Below are positions 20,765 through 30,578 of a DNA stretch of 64,000 bases, in pieces. The translations under genes and the position numbers were made by a program. The DNA is taken from contig JAYUUS010000146.1 in the NCBI GenBank assembly GCA_043754435.1, positions 14,400-78,399 on the forward strand. Reading direction: 5' to 3'. The notes beneath the pieces are model-generated. The model did not search any database and was not told where the DNA came from. It saw only the letters and a list, made by a program, of their open reading frames with translations. Position 1 is the first letter of the stretch, and each line of letters opens with the position of its first letter. Source of the stretch: Rhodanobacteraceae bacterium. Lineage in GTDB: Bacteria; Pseudomonadota; Gammaproteobacteria; Xanthomonadales; SZUA-5.

Positions 20765-22075
20765 ATGAATGAATCTAGTTTAGCCAAACCCTTCGATTTA
20801 CCCGGTAGCGAATTTGCCGCTGCGCGCTGCGAACTCAAGGTGGCCTCACAAAGTGCGTTGAAGCGCGCGCTATGCAAGAAACTGGTGCAAATTAAAGAAT
20901 GTGCGCTCAGTATCAGCGAAGGTCCCGAGACAATGAGTTTTGGCGATGGTGCGGGCACTGACGTATTGCGCGCGCATATCCGAATCTTAAATCCGCAAAT
21001 GTGGACCTCGGTTGCCACTAATGGCAGCGTAGGCGTCGCTGAAAGTTTTATGGACGGGCATTGGGTGGTCGACGATGTTGTCGCACTCGTGCGAATTTTC
21101 GTGCGCAATCGCGATATTTTAGATCGTATGGAGGGCGGTTTGGCGAAGTTTGGTCAATGGCTGCTGCGTGCTTGGCACCAAAAGCGCCGCAATACTCATA
21201 CCGGCAGCCAACGCAATATTTCTGAGCACTATGATTTATCGAACGCGCTGTTCAAAACGTTTTTAGATCCAACGATGATGTATTCGTGTGCGGTTTACGA
21301 GCGTGTTGACGACACTCTAGAAGTGGCAGCGGTGCGCAAGCTTGATCGAATCTGCCAAAAGCTAGCGCTTAAGCCCGGCGACCACCTGTTGGAAATTGGC
21401 ACCGGCTGGGGTGGCTTTGCGGTGTATGCAGCGCAAAATTATGGCTGCAAAATCACCACGACAACAATCAGCGAAGAACAATTTCAGCTTGCCACCGCGC
21501 GCGTCGCTGAGGCCGGTTTAACCGGGCAGATCAGTGTAATCAAACAGGACTATCGGGCGTTGACGGGTAGCTTTGATAAAGTCGTTTCGATTGAAATGAT
21601 TGAAGCGATCGGGCATCAATACCTTAATACCTATTTTGGCAAGATTGCTAGCTTGCTTAAACCCGATGGCTTGGCGCTGGTGCAAGCGATTACCATTGAA
21701 GACAGCCGCTACGCGCAAGCCTTGAAAGACGTTGATTTTATCAAGCGCTATATCTTTCCCGGCAGCTTTATTCCCTCTATCACCGCCATGCTAGGTGCTT
21801 GCACTGAGGCTAGCGACATGAAGCTAGTGCATTTAGAAGACATAGGCCCGAGCTATGCGTTAACGTTGTGCGCATGGCGGGAACGTTTCAACGCGCACCT
21901 TGCAAAAGTGCGCGAACTTGGCTTCGACGCGCGTTTCATTCGCATGTGGAACTATTATTTGGCGTATTGCGAAGGTGGCTTTATTGAGCGCTCGATTGGT
22001 GACGTGCAGTTGCTTTTTGCGCGGCCGCGCAATACCAGAACGCAGTACTTGCCAGACTTAAATTGTCAGATATAA
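20765..22075 (+). CDS. Cyclopropane-fatty-acyl-phospholipid synthase family SAM-dependent methyltransferase
   Basis: 436 aa. Carries the SAM motif LLEIGTGWGGFAVYAA, plus HYDLSNALF and YLAYCEGGF, which are typical of the Cfa/mycolic acid methyltransferase family. Confidence 0.85.
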   Translation: MNESSLAKPFDLPGSEFAAARCELKVASQSALKRALCKKLVQIKECALSISEGPETMSFGDGAGTDVLRAHIRILNPQMWTSVATNGSVGVAESFMDGHWVVDDVVALVRIFVRNRDILDRMEGGLAKFGQWLLRAWHQKRRNTHTGSQRNISEHYDLSNALFKTFLDPTMMYSCAVYERVDDTLEVAAVRKLDRICQKLALKPGDHLLEIGTGWGGFAVYAAQNYGCKITTTTISEEQFQLATARVAEAGLTGQISVIKQDYRALTGSFDKVVSIEMIEAIGHQYLNTYFGKIASLLKPDGLALVQAITIEDSRYAQALKDVDFIKRYIFPGSFIPSITAMLGACTEASDMKLVHLEDIGPSYALTLCAWRERFNAHLAKVRELGFDARFIRMWNYYLAYCEGGFIERSIGDVQLLFARPRNTRTQYLPDLNCQI

Positions 22076-22118
22076 CGCCAATTGCCGTAGCGCTGAACCA
22101 CAAGGACGTGAGGGTTAT

Positions 22119-22640
22119 TTGAAAACTTTGTTGAATGTTGTTTTTTTTCAGGCGGTTTGGCTAGCATCGGTCGGCGGCGCTGGACGCGGCTATTGGTGGT
22201 TAGGTTTGCCGGTGCTTGCGGTGTTCCTGATTTATCATTTCTCAATTTCGACCTGCCGAAAAGCCGATGCTCAGCTGCTTGTCATCAGTGTGATTCTGGG
22301 TTTTATTGCCGATAGCGTATTGTTGCAGCTGGGGCTTTTACGCTTTGAGCAGCCGGTGCCGTGGGTGAATTTCGCGCCCATTTGGATCTTGACGCTCTGG
22401 GCGAGTTTCGCCTTGACGCTTAATCATTCGATGGCATTTTTCCAAACGCGTCCTGTTTGGGCCGTGATTTTCGGGTTTTTTGGCGGGCCACTGGCGTATT
22501 ACGTCGCTGCAAACGTTTGGAAAGCCGCTGTTTTCACTGCGCCACCGCTGCATGTTTACGGCGCGTTAGCGTTAGTGTGGGCGATCATGACGCCGCTGTT
22601 ACTAAACATCGGGTTAAATTTGCAGCGCAAAGCCGCTTAG
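22119..22640 (+). CDS. DUF2878-like small polytopic membrane protein
   Basis: 173 aa with 4-5 TM helices. Its conserved position between Cfa-like and DUF1295 genes supports the call. The family assignment is from memory of this cluster type. Confidence 0.55.
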   Translation: MKTLLNVVFFQAVWLASVGGAGRGYWWLGLPVLAVFLIYHFSISTCRKADAQLLVISVILGFIADSVLLQLGLLRFEQPVPWVNFAPIWILTLWASFALTLNHSMAFFQTRPVWAVIFGFFGGPLAYYVAANVWKAAVFTAPPLHVYGALALVWAIMTPLLLNIGLNLQRKAA

Positions 22641-22690
22641 GCTTTACCCGCGTGAGTGCATAACTTGCGGAGTCTTTTTGAAGGATCGCT

Positions 22691-23494
22691 GTGGACTTAA
22701 CCGTATTTGTCAAAGATGCCGCCGTCGTCGCTGGCTTTACCAGTATTGCAATGATTGGCAGCTGGGCCTGGCAGCGCCAGCGCTTGAATGCCGGCATCGT
22801 GGATATTACTTGGGCATGCTGTTTAGCATTTGCTGCGCTTTATTACGGTGCCGTGGGGGAAGGCGCAATCGTGCCTAGAATGATGGTCGCTTTATTGGGC
22901 GCAATTTGGGGTTTTCGCCTAGCAAGCCATTTACTTGCGCGCGTTTTGAGCGAACCGGAAGATGGCAGGTACGCGTTTTTGCGTGCACATTGGAAAGGCT
23001 CGCAGTGGAAGTTTTTCCTTTTTTTTCAGGGGCAGGTTTTGTTGGTGTTACTGTTTTCTGTGCCGTTTCACGTTGCAGCGCAAAATCCCACCGCTGGGTT
23101 TACACCTTGGATATTGGCGGGAATTGCCGTATGGATGATCAGCATCGGCGGCGAGTCTTTAAGTGATGCGCAGCTTGCCAGTTTCCGCAAAAATTCTGCT
23201 AATCGCGGTAAGACTTGCCGCAGCGGCCTTTGGCGCTATTCGCGCCACCCGAATTATTTTTTTGAATGGCTACATTGGTTTAGCTACTGCTGTTTTGCCA
23301 TTGGCGCAGCGGGTGCGGCGTGGGCATTGATTGGGCCCATCACGATGTTAGTGACGCTCTGCTGGGTGACGGGCATTCCGTTCGTCGAAGCGCAATCGCT
23401 GCGTTCGCGGGGTGAGGATTATCGCAATTATCAGCGCACTACCAGCCCGCTGATTCCATGGTTTCCGAAAAAGCTTAATTCCCTAAAAAACTAG
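22691..23494 (+). CDS. DUF1295 / steroid-5-alpha-reductase-like membrane protein
   Basis: 267 aa polytopic protein. The motif GLWRYSRHPNYFFEWLHW is characteristic. Confidence 0.75.
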   Translation: MDLTVFVKDAAVVAGFTSIAMIGSWAWQRQRLNAGIVDITWACCLAFAALYYGAVGEGAIVPRMMVALLGAIWGFRLASHLLARVLSEPEDGRYAFLRAHWKGSQWKFFLFFQGQVLLVLLFSVPFHVAAQNPTAGFTPWILAGIAVWMISIGGESLSDAQLASFRKNSANRGKTCRSGLWRYSRHPNYFFEWLHWFSYCCFAIGAAGAAWALIGPITMLVTLCWVTGIPFVEAQSLRSRGEDYRNYQRTTSPLIPWFPKKLNSLKN

Positions 23495-24216
23495 TTTGAT
23501 GCAGCAATGATGGCTGAAATTGCGGACTCAACCGCCGCAATTGACGCCTCATTAGACTCAGCCTTCAGTTGTGTTAATGCTGCAGATAATGCAACCGCGC
23601 CGGTAAAGCCCGCAGCGCCCGCCAACTTGTGCCGCAGCTCGCTTAAAGCTACAGCATCGTTTTGTTCAAATGCTTGGCGCAGCATGTCGCCTTTACTTAT
23701 CAACTCCGTGACCAGCATCGCCCGCAGTTTTAGCATTAGCTTTTCATCGCCACCGGTGGTTTTTAGCGCGATAGCGCGATCAAATATGGCCTCGCTCGAA
23801 GCGTTTTGCTTATTCGCATCCAGTGCGGTGCTGATCGTGCCCGTCGCCTGCCGTACTGCAGCAATGATCGCGCTGGCCGACCAAGGTTTTGCAAAAACTT
23901 CCATAAACCCTGCTTGCAACAGGCTTGCCCTAAGCGCCGCACTCAGCTCGCCCGTCAGCGCAAACGCGGGGCTTGCAGTTGAAAGCGCCGTAGAATCTGC
24001 GCGCATTCGCTGGAGCAGCACGTCACCATTAAAATCGGGCAGTTGAATGTCAAGCAGCAGCAGCGCATAGTAATTTTTATGCGCGAGCGCTAAGCCTTCA
24101 CGCGCGCTCAAAGCAGTATCAACCTCAAAGCCAGCCGCGCTTAGTAGCTCGCTGAGCAGGGTTAAGTTCATCGCGACATCATCGACGGCGAGTATTCGAA
24201 TTGGGCTGTTTGACAT
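23491..24216 (-). CDS. Response-regulator receiver domain fused to a C-terminal Hpt (histidine phosphotransfer) domain
   Basis: The receiver reads RILAVDDVAMNL ... LLLLDIQLPDFNG. The C-terminal LSELRHKLAGAAGFTGA matches the Hpt H-x-x-K-G motif. I place the start at the ATG at 24216 (MSNSPIRIL). The stop codon overlaps the convergent DUF1295 stop (CTAG). Confidence 0.7.
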   Translation of the reverse strand: MSNSPIRILAVDDVAMNLTLLSELLSAAGFEVDTALSAREGLALAHKNYYALLLLDIQLPDFNGDVLLQRMRADSTALSTASPAFALTGELSAALRASLLQAGFMEVFAKPWSASAIIAAVRQATGTISTALDANKQNASSEAIFDRAIALKTTGGDEKLMLKLRAMLVTELISKGDMLRQAFEQNDAVALSELRHKLAGAAGFTGAVALSAALTQLKAESNEASIAAVESAISAIIAASN

Positions 24217-24321
24217 TGAACGATGAACTCCGCTGATACTGCAGTTTCGACTAAATCCACCCACTTAGGCCATACTCCGCGCTTAAATTTTTGGCACCCC
24301 TATGTGCCTTAAGGATTTGCC

Positions 24322-25623
24322 TTGCCAGCGTTTGAAATAGACATTGATGATTTGAGCCACGACGCGCGGGGTGTGGGGCGCTTAAACGATAAAGTTGCGT
24401 TTATCAGCGGTGCATTGCCGGGTGAACGGGTGCGCGGTGAGCATCTGCACCATGGAAAAAGCTTCGATCATGGCGTGGCTGCTGAAATTTTGCGTGCCAG
24501 CCCAGAACGTGTAATACCCAAGTGCGAGCATTTCGGTGGCTGCGCGGGCTGTAGCCTGCAGCATTTTTCACAGGCCGGGCAACTGGCGTTCAAGCAAAAC
24601 ATGCTGCTGCAGGATCTCAAAAAAATCGGCCGTGTGGAGCCAGAACGACTGCTGGCACCGCTTTTTGACGCGGAATTCGGCTATCGGCGCAAGGCGCGTT
24701 TAAGCGTTAAAGATGTGGCTAAGAAAGGCAAAGTGCTGGTCGGGTTTCGCGAGCTTGACGGGCGCTTCGTCGCAGACTTGCGCCGCTGCGAGACTTTGCA
24801 CCCAAAAATTGGCGATCGCATTGCCGATTTAGCGCGTTTGATCGAAAGCTTAAGCGTGCGCAAGCAAATCGCCCAAATCGAAGTGGCGATTGCGGAGGAA
24901 TCTGCCGCATTGGTGTTTCGCAACTTAAGCCCGCTCAGCCCGAGTGATGTGGAAAAGCTGCTCGCATTTGGCGCGCTGCACGACTTTCAAATGTGGCTAC
25001 AGCCCAAGGGCAACGACAGCATCTACCCACTGAATGACGCGAGCGCAGGATTGCATTACACCTTGCCCGAGTTTGACGTGCGCGTGAACTATCGCCCGCT
25101 GGATTTTACCCAAGTCAACTTTGGCCTGAATCGCAAAATGGTGCAACAAGCGCTCGGCTTGTTGGCACCCAGCGCTGGTGAGCGCGTGCTTGATTTATTT
25201 TGCGGTTTAGGAAATTTTACGCTGCCGCTGGCGCGCTCGGGTGCCGTGGTAACAGGCGTTGAAGGCGACGCTGGTTTGGTGGCGCGGGCACGTGAAAATG
25301 CTGAGGCGCACGGTCTGTTGGCGAATGTTGACTATGCTGTGGCGGATTTATTTTTGGAGCAAAGCCAAGCCAATTGGGCGCGCGCGAACTATGACAAAAT
25401 CTTGCTCGACCCACCGCGCGCGGGTGCTGAAGGCGTTCTAAAATATTTGCCCGGCCCCAGCGTGCAGCGCGTGGTTTATGTATCGTGCAACCCGGCGACC
25501 TTGGCACGCGACACCGAAGTTCTCGTCCACACACACGGCTTTAAGCTCAAAGCCGCTGGGATTATGGATATGTTTACGCACACCAGCCACGTCGAGTCGA
25601 TGGCACTGTTTGAGCGCGCATAA
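24322..25623 (+). CDS. rlmD: 23S rRNA (uracil-C5)-methyltransferase RlmD (RumA)
   Basis: 433 aa. It has a TRAM-like N-terminus, an Fe-S cysteine cluster CEHFGGCAGCSLQH, the SAM motif LDLFCGLGNFTLPLA, then DPPRAG and the catalytic region YVSCNP. Confidence 0.85.
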   Translation: MPAFEIDIDDLSHDARGVGRLNDKVAFISGALPGERVRGEHLHHGKSFDHGVAAEILRASPERVIPKCEHFGGCAGCSLQHFSQAGQLAFKQNMLLQDLKKIGRVEPERLLAPLFDAEFGYRRKARLSVKDVAKKGKVLVGFRELDGRFVADLRRCETLHPKIGDRIADLARLIESLSVRKQIAQIEVAIAEESAALVFRNLSPLSPSDVEKLLAFGALHDFQMWLQPKGNDSIYPLNDASAGLHYTLPEFDVRVNYRPLDFTQVNFGLNRKMVQQALGLLAPSAGERVLDLFCGLGNFTLPLARSGAVVTGVEGDAGLVARARENAEAHGLLANVDYAVADLFLEQSQANWARANYDKILLDPPRAGAEGVLKYLPGPSVQRVVYVSCNPATLARDTEVLVHTHGFKLKAAGIMDMFTHTSHVESMALFERA

Positions 25624-26132
25624 TGGGCATCGAAATTGAACGCAAATTTTTAGTTGTCAACGATGATTGGCGCGCATTGGTGCAAAAGTCGGAAAAAATG
25701 GCGCAGGGCTATTTGGGCGGCACGCATTGTTCTATACGTGTGCGCGTGGCGGAAAATTCCGCTTTTTTGAATATCAAAAGCCGCGAATTGGGTGCGGTGC
25801 GCCAGGAATTTGAATATCCAGTGCCGCTCAGCGATGCGGCCACGCTATTGAGCAATTTTGCCGACGGCTCAGCCATTGTTAAAACCCGGCATTACGTACG
25901 CCACACCGATATTAGCGGGGCGGAGTTAACCTTCGAAATTGATGTGTTTGAGGGCGACAACCTTGGCTTGACGGTCGCGGAAGTCGAGCTGAAATCGGTG
26001 GATCAAGAATTTGCACGGCCTGCTTGGCTGGGCGTGGAAGTCACTGACGATGCGCGCTATTACAACTCAAACTTAGTCACAGAGTCATTTTGCCGCTGGC
26101 AAAAGCAGGCTAACGAAGGGAGCGCAGCATGA
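25623..26132 (+). CDS. CYTH-domain protein (triphosphate tunnel metalloenzyme)
   Basis: 169 aa with the N-terminal EIERKFLV signature. Confidence 0.8.
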   Translation: MGIEIERKFLVVNDDWRALVQKSEKMAQGYLGGTHCSIRVRVAENSAFLNIKSRELGAVRQEFEYPVPLSDAATLLSNFADGSAIVKTRHYVRHTDISGAELTFEIDVFEGDNLGLTVAEVELKSVDQEFARPAWLGVEVTDDARYYNSNLVTESFCRWQKQANEGSAA

Positions 26133-27193
26133 GTTTAGTGATTGGGCTGGCTGGCTTGGCATTGCAGCCAAATGAAGCCGAATGGTTGGCGCGTAAAGAT
26201 GTCGCGGGGGTGATTTTGTTTAGTCGCAATTTTGCCAGCCGCGCGCAGATTATTGCGCTGGTGGCAGCGATTCGCACGGTACGCAAGAATTTGATTGTCT
26301 GTGTCGACCAAGAAGGCGGTCGGGTGCAACGCTTTCGCGAGGGCTTTGTCGCCCTGTCCGCATTGGCGCATATTGGCGCACTGCACGCACGCAAACCGGG
26401 CGCGGCGCGGCGCGCGTGCGTGCTGCATGCCAAACTGATGGCGCTGGATATTCTAAGCACCGGTATTGATCTTAGCTTTGCACCGGTGGCCGATCTTAAG
26501 CGCGGGAATTTAGCGATTGCGGATCGCGCGTTTTCGGATAAACCTGAAGTCTGCGCCGAACTCACGATGCTGTACGCCGCAACGCTACAAGCGCAGGGCA
26601 TGGCCGCCACACTCAAGCATTTTCCTGGGCACGGCACGGTCAAAGCCGACACTCATTTTGACTTGGCGAGCGATGAGCGCGCAGCACCAGAAATTTTCGC
26701 CGCCGACCTATTGCCCTTCGCCGCCGGCATTTTAGCCGGGGCCAAAGCCATTATGACCGCGCACGTAAGCTACCCGAAAGTCGATCTGGAAGCAGCGGGC
26801 TATTCGAAGCATTGGCTGAAAACCGTGTTGCGTGCGCAGCTGGAATTTAGCGGCGTCATTTTTTCTGATGACGTAGGCATGCTGGGTGGTGCAAACGTTG
26901 GGTCATTAAAAGATCGGATCGTGCGCCACTATCAAGCCGGATGCGATTTGATCCTGGTTTGCTCCGCGCAAGCAACTGCTGAGGTGATGGCATTGGGCAC
27001 AATCGGAAAACCCGCAAAACGGGGGCTGGTGAAAACCTTGCGCGCCAGCCGTGTTGCGCGCGCAAAACGCATGATTGACAGCGCAAAATTCGCCCTCATG
27101 CAGGAGCACTTAGCAAAACTTTTAAATCCGGTGCTACCTTTGGCAAATTCGGCGCTACCTTCGGCGTCGGCGCAACTTTTGGAAACCGCATGA
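26129..27193 (+). CDS. nagZ: Beta-N-acetylhexosaminidase NagZ
   Basis: Carries VDQEGGRVQRF, KHFPGHG and FSDD, the motifs of GH3 NagZ. Confidence 0.9.
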   Translation: MSLVIGLAGLALQPNEAEWLARKDVAGVILFSRNFASRAQIIALVAAIRTVRKNLIVCVDQEGGRVQRFREGFVALSALAHIGALHARKPGAARRACVLHAKLMALDILSTGIDLSFAPVADLKRGNLAIADRAFSDKPEVCAELTMLYAATLQAQGMAATLKHFPGHGTVKADTHFDLASDERAAPEIFAADLLPFAAGILAGAKAIMTAHVSYPKVDLEAAGYSKHWLKTVLRAQLEFSGVIFSDDVGMLGGANVGSLKDRIVRHYQAGCDLILVCSAQATAEVMALGTIGKPAKRGLVKTLRASRVARAKRMIDSAKFALMQEHLAKLLNPVLPLANSALPSASAQLLETA

Positions 27194-27732
27194 GCGATCA
27201 AGGCATTACCATTCCCACTGATCGTGAGTTGATTTTTGACTGGCTCGCCATTGATGCAGCGATGACCCGCATGGCGGCAGAAATCACCGCTGATTTAGCC
27301 GGAGAACGCCCGATTTACATGACGATTTTGACCGGCGGCCTGCTGATTGGCGGCTGTTTAGCGCCCAGGATTGATCTGGATCTGATTTTCGACTACGCAC
27401 ACGCCACGCGCTATCGCGGTGCCATTGAAGGCGGTAGCTTGCACTGGATCGCCAAGCCACGCTGCAATTTGAAAAACCGTATCGTCATTTTGGTCGACGA
27501 TATTTTGGATGAGGGCTATACCCTAGAAGAATTGCGCCGCTATTGCTTCGATGAAGGGGCACGTGATGTCAAAATTGCCGTACTGACCATCAAGCGGCAT
27601 GACCGCCGCGTGCCCGGTTTAAAAGCCGACTACATTGGCCTAGAAGTTCCAGACCGCTATGTTTTTGGCTTTGGTATGGACTATCGCGAGCTGGGGCGCA
27701 ATTTACCAGGTATATATGCGCTCAAGGAATAG
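27190..27732 (+). CDS. hpt: Hypoxanthine/guanine phosphoribosyltransferase
   Basis: Carries the PRPP-binding motif VILVDDILDEGYTL and the C-terminal FGFGMDY. Confidence 0.8.
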   Translation: MSDQGITIPTDRELIFDWLAIDAAMTRMAAEITADLAGERPIYMTILTGGLLIGGCLAPRIDLDLIFDYAHATRYRGAIEGGSLHWIAKPRCNLKNRIVILVDDILDEGYTLEELRRYCFDEGARDVKIAVLTIKRHDRRVPGLKADYIGLEVPDRYVFGFGMDYRELGRNLPGIYALKE

Positions 27733-27778
27733 CGAGTCCACATTCAGAAGTTTCAACACTGGCACTAAAATTAGAAAA

Positions 27779-28432
27779 TTAAGGTGCAACTCGATACAAA
27801 CGATGCTCGGCGATGTAATCCAATACTGAATCAGGCACCAAATACTTTGCCGATTGCCCGGATTTCAATATGGCGCGCACTTTCGTCGCTGAAATGGCTA
27901 ATTGGCTGACCTCGATGCCGACTAAAAACCCAGCAGGCGCGGTGTTTAAACTGCTTTTGGGCGCGCGGTGTGCGCGTAGGAAGGCATCGACATGATGCGG
28001 CGGTGTCGCAGAATTAGGGCGTGACAGCACCGCTATGTGCGCGAAATCAAGCAAGCGTTGCCACTCTTTCCAGGTATCCAAGCGCGCCAACTGGTCTGCA
28101 CCCATCAACCAAACTAATGGCCGCGTGGCACCAATCTCAGTGCGTAATTCGCGCAGCGTGTCGATCGTATAGCTGGGTTGGCCGGCTTGTTGGCGCAGCA
28201 GCTCACGCAAATCTGAGCGCATCAAGCTTTGCCCTTCAAGTGCACGCTCTAACATCTGCGCGCGTGGCGCAGCACCCACCTCGGGCTGGGCGCGATTCGG
28301 CGGCATCGCCGAAGGCAACAGCCAAACCTCGTCCGCCGCTAAAGCCTCGCCCGCTTCCAAACACACGCGCAAATGCCCCAAATGAATGGGATCAAAGGTG
28401 CCACCAAAAATTAGAACTGGGCCGTTAGTCAT
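27779..28432 (-). CDS. nadD: Nicotinate-nucleotide adenylyltransferase
   Basis: Carries FGGTFDPIHLGHL and ISATKVR. I place the start at the ATG at 28432 (MTNGPVLIFGG). Confidence 0.85.
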   Translation of the reverse strand: MTNGPVLIFGGTFDPIHLGHLRVCLEAGEALAADEVWLLPSAMPPNRAQPEVGAAPRAQMLERALEGQSLMRSDLRELLRQQAGQPSYTIDTLRELRTEIGATRPLVWLMGADQLARLDTWKEWQRLLDFAHIAVLSRPNSATPPHHVDAFLRAHRAPKSSLNTAPAGFLVGIEVSQLAISATKVRAILKSGQSAKYLVPDSVLDYIAEHRLYRVAP

Positions 28433-28481
28433 AGGGTGATTCTGCCCGCAGCTTTCGCCATAAGCGAGCATTTTGATGTAG

Positions 28482-29873
28482 CTAACCCTCGTCCACACCC
28501 ATACCCGCAGTGGACATGCCAAATTTCTCTAAGCGCCGATATAGCGCACTGCGCGACAGCCCTAAATGCTCGGCGGCCTGCATAATATTGCCGCTGTAAC
28601 GGTCCAGCGCTTGGCGCACCAGCAATTGTTCAGCATCCTCTAGCGTCATGTGATCCAGGACTCTGGCGGGCGGAGCGGTATTGGCACCGACCTGGAGCTG
28701 CAAGTCGCCAGCGGTAATATGATTGCCGCTGCACAAAAGTACGGCGCGTTCCAAGACGTGATTGAGCTCACGCACATTGCCCGGCCAGCTATAGCGCAGC
28801 AGCGCATCAAGCGCAGTTTGCTCAAGGCTTAAGCCCAATTTGCCATAGCGGCGCGCGTGCGAGCGAAGATAGCTTTCCGCCATCGGCACAATATCTTCGC
28901 GGCGATCACGCATCGGCGGCAGACAAATCTCGACCGTATTGATGCGAAACAATAAATCTTGGCGGAATAAACCCCCGGTCACGGCGCGCTCAAGCTCGGC
29001 GTTCGTGGCGCTAATCAAGCGAATATCCGCCTTTTGCGTGCGTGAAGAGCCGACTTTTTCGTATTCGCGCTCTTCTAGCACGCGCAATAATTTCGCCTGC
29101 TGTGCCAAGTTCATGTTCGCCACTTCATCTAAAAAAAGCGAGCCGCCTTCGGCCAACTCAAAGCGCCCGAGCCGGTCACCTTTGGCATCAGTAAACGCGC
29201 CTTTGACGTGCCCAAACATTTCGCTTTCAAACAAAGTCTCAGGAATTGCGCCCATATTGACCTTCACAAATGCCTTGTTTGAACGCCCTGAGCGCGCATG
29301 AATAAACTGCGCCAACATGCTTTTACCGGTGCCGTTTTCACCCGTTAGCAACACATTCGCGTCCGACGGTGCTACGCGCGTCACCATTTCTAAAACGTGC
29401 TTCATGGCCGGTGATTTGGCGATGAATTCGGCATCATCCCCACGCAAAATTTCGTTCTCGCGCTCAAGCTTTTTCGACTTGCGTTTCGCCTCGCCCAACG
29501 CTAACTGGCTGCGAATAATGGTCATCAGCCGGTAGTTATCCCAAGGCTTTTCGATAAAGTCATTGGCGCCCAAACGCATGGCCTGCACCGCCAAGTCCAC
29601 CGAACCCCACGCCGTCATCACCACTGCTGGGACGTCTGGATCGTGCAGACGAATTTTACCCAAAAGCTCCATACCTTCAGCGCCCGAGGTAGTGTCGCGG
29701 GTGTAATTTAAGTCCAAAATGACCAGTGAAAATGGCTGACGTTTCAGCGCTTCCAAAGCCGCCTCGGGGCTTTGCACCGGCACACATAAAAAACCTTCGC
29801 CCTTTAACAGCAGTTTGAGGGCATCCAAGACGTCTTTTTGGTCATCGCTAATCAGAATGGGGAGGCTAGACAT
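28482..29873 (-). CDS. Sigma-54-dependent (NtrC-family) response regulator
   Basis: It has a receiver (ILISDDQKDV ... VILDLNY), an AAA+ sigma-54 activation domain (GENGTGKS, GAFTDA, GSLFLDE) and a C-terminal Fis-type HTH. I place the start at the ATG at 29873. There is no adjacent kinase. Confidence 0.9.
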   Translation of the reverse strand: MSSLPILISDDQKDVLDALKLLLKGEGFLCVPVQSPEAALEALKRQPFSLVILDLNYTRDTTSGAEGMELLGKIRLHDPDVPAVVMTAWGSVDLAVQAMRLGANDFIEKPWDNYRLMTIIRSQLALGEAKRKSKKLERENEILRGDDAEFIAKSPAMKHVLEMVTRVAPSDANVLLTGENGTGKSMLAQFIHARSGRSNKAFVKVNMGAIPETLFESEMFGHVKGAFTDAKGDRLGRFELAEGGSLFLDEVANMNLAQQAKLLRVLEEREYEKVGSSRTQKADIRLISATNAELERAVTGGLFRQDLLFRINTVEICLPPMRDRREDIVPMAESYLRSHARRYGKLGLSLEQTALDALLRYSWPGNVRELNHVLERAVLLCSGNHITAGDLQLQVGANTAPPARVLDHMTLEDAEQLLVRQALDRYSGNIMQAAEHLGLSRSALYRRLEKFGMSTAGMGVDEG

Positions 29874-29965
29874 AAATGCGGCAGGTCTTAAATAAAGGCC
29901 GCTAGCATTGTGGCGAATGCGGGCAGAATGCAAGTGCTGCCAGGGTGGGTTAAATCAATAAACCG

Positions 29966-30496
29966 CTAGCCTTTTGCCTTGGAAACCTCCGCGTCAAATT
30001 CCGCTTGCGACATTGCGCCGTGCTTGATTGAACTGACTTTGCCGGCTGCGTCAAAAAACACCGAGTAGGGAATCGTGTCTGGCGTTTGCAATAAGCGATT
30101 GATGCCACCTGCATCAGCCTCCAAAACCACGGTCAAATCCAGCTGATGCGTGGCTTTGAACGCGCGCACCTCATCTGCATCATCACTGGCAATCGCCACG
30201 ACGTTGATAACTCCTTCCCGGTGCGCGCGATCCAGCATCGGCATTTCTTTGATGCACGGCGGGCACCACGTAGCCCAAAAATTCACCAGCAGCGGCTTGC
30301 CACGAAATTTTGTCAGCTGAAATGCCGTCCCGTTGAGATCACGCAGCGTGGTTGTGGGTGCGGGGCTGCCGATCAGTGCATCGTTGTTTGAAAAAAACGC
30401 GCTGGACAGCAAAAAGCCGCCTAAACCAAATAGCGACGCCAACATCAGAACCAATAGGTTCGGCCGCTCTTCCGCCATTTTACTAAACCAGTTCAT
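29966..30496 (-). CDS. TlpA/ResA-like periplasmic thiol:disulfide oxidoreductase
   Basis: 176 aa with an N-terminal anchor and the thioredoxin motif WATWCPPC. Confidence 0.8.
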   Translation of the reverse strand: MNWFSKMAEERPNLLVLMLASLFGLGGFLLSSAFFSNNDALIGSPAPTTTLRDLNGTAFQLTKFRGKPLLVNFWATWCPPCIKEMPMLDRAHREGVINVVAIASDDADEVRAFKATHQLDLTVVLEADAGGINRLLQTPDTIPYSVFFDAAGKVSSIKHGAMSQAEFDAEVSKAKG

Positions 30497-30578
30497 AATT
30501 AAAGCAGTTCACGCTAATTTGATTCCCAAGTGTGCCAGTCAAACTGATGTGGAGATATGCGTACGAGTAAGCTCGAAT

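Noticed and set aside
24292-24308. TGGCAC-containing sequence upstream of rlmD that resembles a sigma-54 -24/-12 promoter
   Set aside because: The spacing between the GG and GC dinucleotides is off by one and the -12 region is not TTGC. It is better described as a small palindrome (GGCAC-N6-GTGCC) of unknown meaning. Other TGGCAC hits (19826, 20545, 27757) also lack a proper -12 element.
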